Below, piece by piece: positions 25,815 through 35,692 of a DNA stretch of 64,000 nt (position 1 is the first letter of the stretch; every line of letters begins with the position of its first letter). This DNA is from Bacteroidia bacterium (GTDB lineage Bacteria; Bacteroidota; Bacteroidia; Bacteroidales; VadinHA17): NCBI GenBank assembly GCA_026391595.1, contig JAPLDY010000175.1, positions 11,604 to 75,603 on the forward strand, given 5' to 3'. The notes under the pieces were generated by a model. That model was not told the origin of the DNA. It searched no databases and saw nothing but the letters and a program-made list of their open reading frames with translations. The position numbers and the translations under genes are program-made.

Positions 25815-26966
25815 ATGAAACGAGTGCTTATTTCTTCATTATCATTTGCCGTTCTGTTTATTCTTTCCGAAATAAACCTGATTTCTCAGCAGGTAATCAA
25901 CAGCGGAAAGTCAAAAATACATATCAACACTCAGGCGGTTGTGAAAAGTCTGCCTCCTGACATCGAAATTATAAGTCCTGTAGATTTGAAAGAAGGTACG
26001 ACATACCAACTCGACAGGCAATCAATTACATTAGCCCTGAGAGTTCTTAATAAGACGAACGGTACAAAGATCTACATAAATAATGTTGAAGGCGTTTATT
26101 CTGCTGCCGGAGATATTGTTTTAAAAGATCTTGATCTTAAGAATGGGATAAACGATGTTAATCTGATAATCAGAGAAAATGATAAACTGGTAAAAGAGCA
26201 GATTTTTAATATCTTATATGTACCACCTGTAAGGAATATTTCCCTGCAGGCAGTTAATGCAGGTAAAAATTATGCTCTTATTATTGCGAATGCAAACTAT
26301 TCCAATCCGGCAATCAGTTCTCTGAAAAGACCGATTAATGATGCAAAGGCTCTTAAGGAAATCCTGGTTGCCAGATATACATTTGAACGTGAAAATGTGA
26401 TGACACTTTTTGATTCAAAACGTGAAAATGTAATACTTTCTCTTGATGAGTTATTAAAAACTCTTACTCCCGATGATAATCTCCTGATCTATTATGCCGG
26501 ACATGGTAAGCTGGACGAATATTCCGATATGGGATACTGGCTTTTATCAGATGCTAATCCTAACAGCAGAGTAAACTGGCTTGCAAACAGTGACATAACG
26601 AACTATATTAAATCTTTCAAATCAAGACATGTCCTGTTGGTTGCAGATGCCTGTTTTGCAGGATCAATCTTTGAGACCAGGGGCGTTAATGAGGCTCCGA
26701 TGGCTATCCAGGATCTTTATAAAGCTAAAAGCAGGAAAGCTATGACCAGCGGAGGAACAACAGAGGTCAGTGACGACAGTAAATTTTCAGAATATTTTCT
26801 TGATTTCCTTAAAAATAATACTATTCCACAAATTTCATCACAGGAAGTCTATTTCAGGATTTTAAAATCGGTACAGAATAACAGTCTTACCTCACCTCGA
26901 TGGAATACAATACAAGGTGTGGGTGACAATAACGGAGATTTTGTATTCTTTCTCAGGGAGAACTAG
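25815..26966 (+). CDS. Caspase (peptidase C14) family protein with signal peptide and Ig-like N-domain
   Basis: 'YALIIANANYS', catalytic His in 'LIYYAGHG', catalytic Cys in 'LLVADACFAGS'. Start set at 'MKRVLISSLSF'; the track ORF begins upstream and overlaps the previous gene. Confidence 0.8.
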   Translation: MKRVLISSLSFAVLFILSEINLISQQVINSGKSKIHINTQAVVKSLPPDIEIISPVDLKEGTTYQLDRQSITLALRVLNKTNGTKIYINNVEGVYSAAGDIVLKDLDLKNGINDVNLIIRENDKLVKEQIFNILYVPPVRNISLQAVNAGKNYALIIANANYSNPAISSLKRPINDAKALKEILVARYTFERENVMTLFDSKRENVILSLDELLKTLTPDDNLLIYYAGHGKLDEYSDMGYWLLSDANPNSRVNWLANSDITNYIKSFKSRHVLLVADACFAGSIFETRGVNEAPMAIQDLYKAKSRKAMTSGGTTEVSDDSKFSEYFLDFLKNNTIPQISSQEVYFRILKSVQNNSLTSPRWNTIQGVGDNNGDFVFFLREN

Positions 26967-27004
26967 ACACTTGTATTTATAATGAACATTTCACAAAGTG
27001 TTTT

Positions 27005-30000
27005 ATGAAGAGATTTATTATGCCAGAGTATAAAATAGCAAGCAGAAAGGGCTGTAGTTGTTTTATGATTTTAATGCTGCTGGTATTGACCACCTGCGAA
27101 AAACCAGAAAGGATCCTGAAGATATCTACCATTGAAGCTGCCAATGAAGATATTTCATATACAACTGCAATCCTGAAAGGCGAAATATCCGATCTTGGTA
27201 TTGAGCCTATCGACGATCATGGAATTTATGTCTCGGAAAATTCTACTCCCTTACTGTCAAACTCATTTTATGAACCACTTGGATCGGTTTCTGTGATAGG
27301 ATCCTTTCAGTATCAATATATCGGTCTTAAGAATAATGCAACCTATTATTTCAGGGCAGTTGCTTTTGTAAATTCTCAGCCTGTTTACGGCAAAACATTG
27401 ACTTTTAAGACAAAAGACACTCAAGCCCCGGTCGTAACAGCAAATGTTATTTCGTCATTGACAATGACATCTGCATCATTGAGTGGTGAAGTAATATCCG
27501 ATGGTGGTGAAGCAGTCACTAAAAAAGGAATATGCTGGGGCACAACCTTAAATCCCAATATAACTAATTGTATTGATACAACGGTAAACGGTTCAGGGCC
27601 TGGTTCTTTTACCGGACTGATCCATGGTCTCTCACCTGCAACACAATATTATGTAAGAGCTTATGCAATTAATGCAAAAGGGACCTCTTATAATAATTCT
27701 GATATTACTTTTACTACTTACAATATACCAACGGTTACAACTTCTTCAATAACTTCTGTTGCAACTACAAGTGCTGCATCAGGCGGGAATGTAACAAATG
27801 AGGGAGGAGTAAGCGTTACAGCAAAAGGTGTTTGCTGGAGCACATCTACTGCACCTGCAGCTGAGCTTTCAACTAAAACAACTGATGGAACAGGTCAAGG
27901 CTCATTCACAAGTAATATTTCGGGACTTGTACCTGGTACGAAATATTACGTAAGGGCATATGCCACAAATCAATTTGGAACAGGATATGGGAATGAACTA
28001 TCATTCAATACTACAATGGCAGCTTCAACCACTACCAATGCTGCAACTTCAATAACGACAACATCTGCAACCCTCAACGGCTCGGTTAATGCCAATAATT
28101 ATTCCTCAGTTGTAACATTTGATTATGGGCTTACAACTGCATATGGTTCAACTGTTACAGCAGCTCAAAGCCCGGTGACCGGATCAGGTCAAACTGCCGT
28201 AAGTGCCATTATTTCTACATTGACTCCCGGGGCAACTTATCATTTTAGAGTGAAAGCTGTAAATGCGGGCGGTACAACCGAAGGTGATGATATTACTTTT
28301 ACCACATTCGCAGAGGTATCAATCCCGACTGTAACCACTGCCACAGTTACTGATGTAACAACGACAACAGCAACAGGAGGTGGAATCGTAACCTCTGACG
28401 GAGGAGCATTGGTTACTGAGAGGGGCGTTTGCTGGAGCACAAGTTCAAATCCTGTTGCTGCCGGAAACCACAGTACAAACGGTACCGGTCCAGGTAGCTT
28501 TTTCTGTAACCTTATAGGTCTTACAGCAAATACTACTTATTATGTCCGTGCTTATGCAACAAACAATGCAGGAACAGCTTATGGAAATGAAGTCAGTTTT
28601 AAAACAAATTCTGTATCACCAGTGGTGCCAACACTATCGACAACAGCAATTACCTCAATAACAACAACAACCGCCAGTAGCGGAGGGAATATAAGTAGTG
28701 ACGGAGGTGCTTCGGTAACTTCACGAGGTGTTTGCTGGAGTACATCAGCTAATCCTGTGGTATCAGGCAGCCACTCCACCGACGGCACCTCAGCGGGAAC
28801 ATATACAAGTTTAATAACCGGGTTAACAGTTGGAAACACTTATTATGTTAGAGCATATGCAACTAATAGTGTTGGTACTGCATATGGTAACCAATTAAGT
28901 TTTACAACTTCTCTTGCAATAGGAGATAGCTATCAGGGTGGAATAGTAGCTTATTTTTTGCAACCAGGCGACCCTGGGTACATGGCAGGACAAACTTGCG
29001 GTTTGATAGCCGCACCAGGCGACCAAAGTACATCTGCACAATGGTCTAATGGAAGTTTCACAACTACTGGAGCGTCAGCAACTGAATTGGGTACAGGAAA
29101 TGCAAATACAAACACCATTGTTGCCAGTCAGGGAGCAGGTTCCTACGCGGCTAAATTGTGTTATGATTTAGTATTGGGAAGCTATAGTGACTGGTATTTG
29201 CCAAGTAAAGAGGAGTTGAAAAAACTTTACTTGAACCGGGCCTCAATTGGTGGTTTAAACGGTGACTACTATTGGAGCTCCAGCGAGGGTAGTAGTAACA
29301 TTGCCTGGAACCAGTATTTTACCAACGGCTCTCAGTATGTCGAAGATAAGAGCACCACACACTATGTACGTGCTGTTCGGGCTTTCCCTCCTGCCCCGGT
29401 TTTACCGACTGTAACTACCACAGAAGCAACTTCAATAACAATATCTTCAGCAACAAGCGGTGGAAATGTAACAACTGACGGAAGCGAAACAGTAACTGCA
29501 CGTGGTGTGTGCTGGAACACTTCTTCTAATCCTACAACAAGCAATAACAAAACTATTGATGGAACTGGGACAGGCAGTTATTCAAGCAGCATATCTGGCC
29601 TTGCTCCGGTAACTAAATATTATGTCCGTGCTTATGCAACAAACAGTGCAGGAACAGCATATGGAAATGATCTGACTTTTACCACAACGGCCTCATCTAA
29701 TGTAACTGATGCTGATGGGAATGTCTATAACTCCGTAACTATTGGCACTCAGGTTTGGTTGGCTGAAAATCTCAAGACAACAAAATACCGTGATGGCAGT
29801 ACTATCTCCAATGTAACAGATAACACTGCTTGGAGTACCGAATCATCCGGAGCATATTGTTGGTATGGCAATGATCCAGTCACTTATAAAGCCACTTATG
29901 GTGCATTGTACAACTATTATACAACTGTTGATAACCGAAATCTATGCCCAACAGGATGGCATGTACCAACTGATGCAGAATGGATAGCTCTAATTGCTTA

Positions 30001-33000
30001 TCTGGGAGGAGAAAGTGCAGCTGGAAGTAAATTGAAAGAAACCGGTACGGTACATTGGGTAAGTCCCAACGATGATGCAACCAACGAAAGCGGCTTTACT
30101 GCCCTTCCGGGAGGCTATCGTGATAACTTAGGGGCGTTCAATGAAATTGGAACATATGGTTTCTGGTCAAGTTCTACTAAGTTCAGTGAAACCCAATACT
30201 GGGACAGATACATTCGTAACATAGGGAGTAATGTAATCAAGGACTACCCGTACAAGCAGAATGGCTTATCTATACGCTGCCTCCAGGGTGAAGGCAAGGT
30301 TATGCCTGCTGTTGCAACAACAACTGTCTCTTCTATTACATCGACTTCAGCTTCCTCAGGCGGTAATGTAACTTCGGCCGGAGGAGACGCAATAACTGCA
30401 AGAGGTGTCTGCTGGAGTACCGCAGCCAATCCAACAGTTGCGGATTCCAAAACCGATAATGGGGCAACCACAGGTTCATTTACCAGCAGCATTGCCAGCT
30501 TATCTGAAAGGACCACTTATCACGTAAGAGCTTATGCTACCAACAGTGTAGGAACATCTTATGGGAATGATATTTCGTTTACAACCCTTCAACTTCCTAC
30601 AGCAACCACCTCAGCAGCAACAGGAGTGAGTTCAACAACTGCTACATTAAATGGAACTGTAAATGCCAATAATTCATCAACAACAGTTTCATTTGAATAT
30701 GGTCTCACAACTTCTTATGGTACAACCGTTACAGCAATTCCAAGTCCGGTTACCGAGAGTATTGCAACAAGCGTAACCGCAAATATTTCAGGATTATCAG
30801 CAAGCACCACTTATCATTTCAGAGTGATTGCTACTAGTGCGGGAGGATCTGTTAATGGGAATGATCAAACTTTTACAACAGAACTACTTACAGTAACTGA
30901 TGCTGATGGGAATGTCTATAACACTGTAACTATTGGCACTCAGGTTTGGATGGCTGAGAACCTTAAAACAACAAAATACCGTGATGGGACGAGCATCCCG
31001 AATATAACGATCGATGCAACATGGAGCAGCTTATCCACAGGAGCATATTGTGATTATAGCAATACTACCTCCAATTCTGATACTTACGGAAGACTATATA
31101 ATTGGTACACAGTAATCAACGCACATTATTTATGCCCGGCAGGATGGCATGTACCAACTTATGTAGAATATGCAACTCTAGCCTCTTATCTGGGAGGAGA
31201 AAGTGTGGCAGGAGGTAAGTTGAAGGAATCCGGCTTGACACACTGGACCAGTCCCAATACCGGAGCCACAAATGAAACAGGCTTCACAGCCCTTCCGGGA
31301 GGCTATCGTTTCGTCGATGGTACCTTCAACTCAATTGGATATAATGCCAGCTGGTGGACTACTTCCTATTCAGATGTATCCGCCCGGTATTACCAGCAGG
31401 TAAACTATAATAAGAGCAACTTTGAAAGAAACAGCACCTGGCTCGCATGTGGATTCTCTATCCGTTGTCTCCAGGGCGAAGGTCAGGTAATGCCTGCCGT
31501 TTCTACATCAGCCATCTCAGCTATTACGTCAACAACGGCAACCTCAGGTGGAAATGTCACTTCCGCAGGAGGGGATATTATTTCAGCCAGGGGTGTTTGC
31601 TGGAGTACATCAACTAATCCTTCCATTGCAGATCTTAAAACAAATAACGGAACAGGAACAGGGTCATTTACGAGCAGCATTACTGGTTTAACTGCCGGAA
31701 CTACCTTTCATGTAAGGGCATATGTAACCACTGGTGTTGGAACAGCTTATGGCGATGACGTTTCATTTACCACACTCCTGGCGCCCGATGTCACAACAAA
31801 TGCTGCAACAGTTATGGATTCAGAAAACGCCATATTAAACGGAATTGTAAATGCCAACAACTCATCAACCGCAGTTTCATTTCAATATGGGACCTCAACT
31901 TCTTATGGTTCATCAATTGCAGCTATACCAAGTTCTGTTACAGGGAATATTGCCACAGCTGTAAGTGCAAATATTTCAGGGTTAACAGCAAGTACAACCT
32001 ATCATTTCAGGGTGAAAGCAACAAGCGCAGGTGGTTCGGTTTATGGTAATGATATGATTTTTACAACAGGAGGGGCACCTGCAATAACTGTCGCAGATGC
32101 TGATGGAAATGTATATAATATTGTAACTATTGGCACTCAGGTTTGGTTGGCTGAAAATCTCAAGACAACAAAATACCGTGATGGGACGAGCATCCCGAAT
32201 ATAACGATCGATGCAACATGGGGCAGCTTATCCACAGGAGCATATTGTGATTATGGCAATACTACCTCCAATTCTGATACTTACGGAAGACTATATAATT
32301 GGTACACAGTAATCAATGCACATTATTTATGCCCGGCAGGATGGCATGTACCAACTTATGTAGAATTTGCAACTCTAGCCTCTTATCTGGGAGGAGAAAG
32401 TGTGGCAGGAGGTAAGTTGAAAGAATCCGGCTTAACACACTGGACCAGTCCCAATACCGGAGCCACAAATGAAACAGGCTTCACAGCTATTCCGGGAGGC
32501 TATCGTTTCGTCGATGGTATCTTCAAATCAATTGGATATAATGCCAGCTGGTGGACTACTTCCTATTCAGATGTATCTGCCCGGTATTTCCAGCAGGTAA
32601 ACTATGATAAGAGCAACTTTGAAAGAAACAGCACCTTTCTCGCATGTGGAATCTCTATCCGTTGTCTCCAGGGCGAAGGTCAGGTAATGCCTGCCGTTAC
32701 TACATCAGCCATCTCAGCTATTACGTCGACAACGGCAACCTCAGGTGGAAATGTCACTTCTGCAGGAGGGGATATTATCTCAGCAAGGGGTGTATGCTGG
32801 AGTATTTCTACAAATCCGACGACAGCCAACAGTAAAACAATCAATGGATCAGGTTCAGGAAATTTTACCAGCAATATTACCGGACTTACTCCCGGAACAC
32901 TTTATTATGTAAGGGCCTATGCAACAAACAGTACAGGTACAGCCTATGGAGATGAGCTCAGCTTTACGACACAGGCCGTGATTCCAACACTAACTACCAG

Positions 33001-35365
33001 CTCAATTACTTCCATTACATCTAATTCTGCTATAAGTGGTGGAAATATAACATCTGATGGAGGTTCATCCGTAACCGCTCGTGGTGTATGCTGGAATACA
33101 TCTGCAAATCCGACAGTATCCAACAATATTACAACTGACGGTAATGATATTGGAAGTTTTACCAGTAACCTTACCGGACTTAATCCTGGGACTACCTATT
33201 ATACGCGGGCTTACGCTACAAACAGTATGGGTACGGCATATGGAAATGAATTATCATTCACTACAAGTAAAACGGTCCCTGTACTTTCAACAGCAGAAAT
33301 TACATCGATCACTTCTACAACCGCAGTCAGCGGTGGAAATATTACCAGTGATGGTGGAGCATCAGTTACTGCACGTGGCGTTTGCTGGAACACATCCACA
33401 AATCCGACTACAGCGAATAGTAAAACGTCCGATGGGACAGGTGCAGGGATATATGCAAGCAGTATAACCGGATTAACACCCAATACCATTTATAATGTTA
33501 GGGCATATGCCACAAATAGTATTGGAACAGCATATGGGAACCAGCTTAGCTTCAATTCAAGTCTGGGTCTTCCCGTTCTGACAACAACACCACTATATTC
33601 TTATGCTTCACTTACAGCCGTCAGCGGAGGGAACATTACTAGCGATAATGGAGCCTCAGTTACAGACCGCGGTGTGTGCTGGAGTACAATCCAGAATCCA
33701 ACCATTTCAGATAACCATACTAACGATGGTACTGGAACAGGAACATTTTTAAGCTACTTATCAGGATTATCTTCCAATACATCTTACTATATCAGGGCGT
33801 TTGCTACCAATAGTGTCGGGACAGTGTATGGCTCGCAAAATTCATTCACCACCACCATGCAAATTACAGATTATGACGGAAACACATATAATACTGTACA
33901 AATTGGAACACAGCAATTTATGCAGGAGAACCTGAAGGTTATACATTATAGAAATGGTAATCCTATACCTAATGTTACAAATGGAACAACCTGGAATAAT
34001 CTGATAGACGGCGCTTTTGTATGGTACAATAACGATGAAACTACTTATAAGAATGTCTATGGAGCATTGTATAACTATTTTACTACGATAGATGGCCGAT
34101 ATTTATGTCCGGCAGGTTGGCATGTACCCACAACCGCAGAATATAATGCATTGGGAAACTATTTTAGTGGATCTGCTGGTGGTCAAATGAAGGAAACCGG
34201 CACAACCCATTGGGTTGCGCCGAATACTGGCGCTACAAACTCCAGTGGTTTTACAGGTCTTCCGGGCGGAACACTTACCTCTTATGGGCTTGGTTTCAAT
34301 GATCTTGGTCTGCAAGGTAACTGGTGGTCTGCCACAGAGGTTAGTGCTGGAGCGGCGTACTATCATTTTCTTGAATATGATAGTTATTATTTTGGTTATA
34401 ATACCGGCCTTTCCAAAACGAATGGATTTAGTGTCCGCTGTCTCCAGGGCGATGGACAGGTATTACCCGCCATTACTACCAATGCAATTTCGGCAATTAC
34501 AACAATTTCGGCAACGAGTGGTGGTAATATAACTTCTGATGGCGGTTCGGCCGTCACTGCCTATGGAATATGCTGGAGCACAAACATACATCCATCAACT
34601 GCAAATAGTCATACATTAAATGGCAGCGGTACAGGCTCGTTTACAGGTTATATGACCGGGTTAAATCCAAATACAACTTATTATGTAAGAGCTTATTCAA
34701 TAAATAGTACCGGAACGGCTTACGGGAATGAATTAACCTTTATTACGGCCCCTCTTACAGTTAGTGATGTAGAAGGTAATATTTATAATACAGTAACCAT
34801 TGGCACCCAGGTTTGGACAAAGGAAAATCTTAAAGCAACAAAATTTAACGATAATACCTCAATTCCTTTAGTTGCTGATAATACAACCTGGGCAGGCTTG
34901 AATACCCCAGGTTACTGCTGGTATAATAACGACGAGGCTGGCTATAAGGGTACTTATGGGGCTTTATTTAACTGGTACACTATTGATGATGAAAGCAACG
35001 GGCATAAGAAAATATGTCCTACAGGTTGGCATGTACCAACTGATGGTGAATGGACAACTTTAATTAATTACCTGGATGGAGTAAGTATTGCCGGGGGTAA
35101 GTTAAAAGAAACAGGTACAGTTCATTGGGGAAGTCCCAATACAGGAGCGACTAATGAAAGTGGATTCACAGCTCTTCCAGGTGGTTATCGAAACCGTAAT
35201 GGAACATCTTTCATTAACTCTGGTTACGATGGATACTGGTGGAGCACTACTTCGTACGGGACAGTGCTTGCCTGGTATAAACAACTCAGCTACGACAACA
35301 GCAATGCTTCCCCGGCCATCACATATAAAAGTGAAGGAGTCTCTATTCGGTGCGTAAGAGATTGA
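27005..35365 (+). CDS. Giant (2,786 aa) surface lipoprotein: ~16 Ig/FN3-like repeats, one DUF1566-like module, five FISUMP lectin-like modules
   Basis: Lipobox 'LVLTTC'. The repeat is '..SGGN.TSDGG..VTARGVCWST..NPT...T.DG.G.GSF.S.I.GL.P.T.YYVRAYATN..GTAYG...SFTT'. 28920-29385 'GGIVAYF..DWYLPSKEEL..YWSSSE..VRAVRAF' is DUF1566-like. Five copies of 'D.DGN.YN.V.IG.Q.W..ENLK....DG..I......W....GAYC.Y......YG.LYNW.....LCP.GWHVPT..E...L..YLGG...AG.KLKE.G..HW..PN.GATNE.GF.A.PGG.R..........WW......IRCLQ' match the Fibrobacter succinogenes major paralogous domain (TIGR02145). Confidence 0.85.
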   Translation: MKRFIMPEYKIASRKGCSCFMILMLLVLTTCEKPERILKISTIEAANEDISYTTAILKGEISDLGIEPIDDHGIYVSENSTPLLSNSFYEPLGSVSVIGSFQYQYIGLKNNATYYFRAVAFVNSQPVYGKTLTFKTKDTQAPVVTANVISSLTMTSASLSGEVISDGGEAVTKKGICWGTTLNPNITNCIDTTVNGSGPGSFTGLIHGLSPATQYYVRAYAINAKGTSYNNSDITFTTYNIPTVTTSSITSVATTSAASGGNVTNEGGVSVTAKGVCWSTSTAPAAELSTKTTDGTGQGSFTSNISGLVPGTKYYVRAYATNQFGTGYGNELSFNTTMAASTTTNAATSITTTSATLNGSVNANNYSSVVTFDYGLTTAYGSTVTAAQSPVTGSGQTAVSAIISTLTPGATYHFRVKAVNAGGTTEGDDITFTTFAEVSIPTVTTATVTDVTTTTATGGGIVTSDGGALVTERGVCWSTSSNPVAAGNHSTNGTGPGSFFCNLIGLTANTTYYVRAYATNNAGTAYGNEVSFKTNSVSPVVPTLSTTAITSITTTTASSGGNISSDGGASVTSRGVCWSTSANPVVSGSHSTDGTSAGTYTSLITGLTVGNTYYVRAYATNSVGTAYGNQLSFTTSLAIGDSYQGGIVAYFLQPGDPGYMAGQTCGLIAAPGDQSTSAQWSNGSFTTTGASATELGTGNANTNTIVASQGAGSYAAKLCYDLVLGSYSDWYLPSKEELKKLYLNRASIGGLNGDYYWSSSEGSSNIAWNQYFTNGSQYVEDKSTTHYVRAVRAFPPAPVLPTVTTTEATSITISSATSGGNVTTDGSETVTARGVCWNTSSNPTTSNNKTIDGTGTGSYSSSISGLAPVTKYYVRAYATNSAGTAYGNDLTFTTTASSNVTDADGNVYNSVTIGTQVWLAENLKTTKYRDGSTISNVTDNTAWSTESSGAYCWYGNDPVTYKATYGALYNYYTTVDNRNLCPTGWHVPTDAEWIALIAYLGGESAAGSKLKETGTVHWVSPNDDATNESGFTALPGGYRDNLGAFNEIGTYGFWSSSTKFSETQYWDRYIRNIGSNVIKDYPYKQNGLSIRCLQGEGKVMPAVATTTVSSITSTSASSGGNVTSAGGDAITARGVCWSTAANPTVADSKTDNGATTGSFTSSIASLSERTTYHVRAYATNSVGTSYGNDISFTTLQLPTATTSAATGVSSTTATLNGTVNANNSSTTVSFEYGLTTSYGTTVTAIPSPVTESIATSVTANISGLSASTTYHFRVIATSAGGSVNGNDQTFTTELLTVTDADGNVYNTVTIGTQVWMAENLKTTKYRDGTSIPNITIDATWSSLSTGAYCDYSNTTSNSDTYGRLYNWYTVINAHYLCPAGWHVPTYVEYATLASYLGGESVAGGKLKESGLTHWTSPNTGATNETGFTALPGGYRFVDGTFNSIGYNASWWTTSYSDVSARYYQQVNYNKSNFERNSTWLACGFSIRCLQGEGQVMPAVSTSAISAITSTTATSGGNVTSAGGDIISARGVCWSTSTNPSIADLKTNNGTGTGSFTSSITGLTAGTTFHVRAYVTTGVGTAYGDDVSFTTLLAPDVTTNAATVMDSENAILNGIVNANNSSTAVSFQYGTSTSYGSSIAAIPSSVTGNIATAVSANISGLTASTTYHFRVKATSAGGSVYGNDMIFTTGGAPAITVADADGNVYNIVTIGTQVWLAENLKTTKYRDGTSIPNITIDATWGSLSTGAYCDYGNTTSNSDTYGRLYNWYTVINAHYLCPAGWHVPTYVEFATLASYLGGESVAGGKLKESGLTHWTSPNTGATNETGFTAIPGGYRFVDGIFKSIGYNASWWTTSYSDVSARYFQQVNYDKSNFERNSTFLACGISIRCLQGEGQVMPAVTTSAISAITSTTATSGGNVTSAGGDIISARGVCWSISTNPTTANSKTINGSGSGNFTSNITGLTPGTLYYVRAYATNSTGTAYGDELSFTTQAVIPTLTTSSITSITSNSAISGGNITSDGGSSVTARGVCWNTSANPTVSNNITTDGNDIGSFTSNLTGLNPGTTYYTRAYATNSMGTAYGNELSFTTSKTVPVLSTAEITSITSTTAVSGGNITSDGGASVTARGVCWNTSTNPTTANSKTSDGTGAGIYASSITGLTPNTIYNVRAYATNSIGTAYGNQLSFNSSLGLPVLTTTPLYSYASLTAVSGGNITSDNGASVTDRGVCWSTIQNPTISDNHTNDGTGTGTFLSYLSGLSSNTSYYIRAFATNSVGTVYGSQNSFTTTMQITDYDGNTYNTVQIGTQQFMQENLKVIHYRNGNPIPNVTNGTTWNNLIDGAFVWYNNDETTYKNVYGALYNYFTTIDGRYLCPAGWHVPTTAEYNALGNYFSGSAGGQMKETGTTHWVAPNTGATNSSGFTGLPGGTLTSYGLGFNDLGLQGNWWSATEVSAGAAYYHFLEYDSYYFGYNTGLSKTNGFSVRCLQGDGQVLPAITTNAISAITTISATSGGNITSDGGSAVTAYGICWSTNIHPSTANSHTLNGSGTGSFTGYMTGLNPNTTYYVRAYSINSTGTAYGNELTFITAPLTVSDVEGNIYNTVTIGTQVWTKENLKATKFNDNTSIPLVADNTTWAGLNTPGYCWYNNDEAGYKGTYGALFNWYTIDDESNGHKKICPTGWHVPTDGEWTTLINYLDGVSIAGGKLKETGTVHWGSPNTGATNESGFTALPGGYRNRNGTSFINSGYDGYWWSTTSYGTVLAWYKQLSYDNSNASPAITYKSEGVSIRCVRD
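30281..32665 (+). repeat. In-frame tandem duplication inside the giant gene (unit A 30281-31468, unit B 31469-32665)
   Basis: Each unit is an Ig-like repeat, a 'YHFRV' FN3-like repeat and a FISUMP module. 30900-31608 against 32097-32805 (offset 1197 bp) differs at only a few dozen positions (about 97% identical by eye). The 5' parts of the units are much more diverged. Confidence 0.85.
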
Positions 35366-35533
35366 TATCTCAATGTGTCGGTAAAGTCGAAAATCTGTTG
35401 TAATAGCCAAAGGCACTGACTACCTTTCGCCGGATCAAACTGACTATCCATAGCCGAAATTAAGTGCTTAGTGTTAAATTATTTATGTTAAATGAAATCA
35501 AACTGGCTAAAAGCGGTCAGGATGTTTGGCCTT

Positions 35534-35564
35534 TGCCCTCGGAAATCAGTTCCGGGGGCTTTTC
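35534..35564 (+). terminator. Rho-independent terminator (dispersed repeat copy)
   Basis: gccctcgga-aatcagt-tccgggggc plus TTTT. Near-identical to 4662-4692. Confidence 0.7.
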
Positions 35565-35692
35565 TATAACCAATGTGCATAATTAAAGAAAGTGAATAAA
35601 ACTAGTAGCCCTTTAAGAATGGATTTTTAGAATAGATTTGTAACATGCGTTATTGTTTTTCATAACTATTAACATAATAGACCCATCATCGT

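Noticed and set aside
28240-33489. Many 60-92-aa antisense or off-frame ORFs in the track inside the giant gene (for example 28240..28440, 28579..28839, 33081..33467).
   Set aside because: They recur once per coding repeat and translate into low-complexity V/T/P-rich strings. They are shadows of the repetitive sense frame. The same applies to 2024..2332, 2243..2461 and 2534..2740 in paralog 1.
27700-34700. Regularly spaced ~280-bp repeats that could be mistaken for a repeat array or CRISPR-like structure.
   Set aside because: They are in-frame coding repeats (Ig/FN3-like domains, '..GVCW..YYVRAYATN..') of one continuous 8.4-kb ORF. The unit length is far too long and the repeats are imperfect.
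29700-35365. Diversity-generating retroelement acting on the FISUMP/DUF1566 modules.
   Set aside because: There is no reverse transcriptase ORF and no non-coding template repeat in the window. Differences between the near-identical modules include C>T, G>A, G>T and T>A changes with no adenine-specific pattern.
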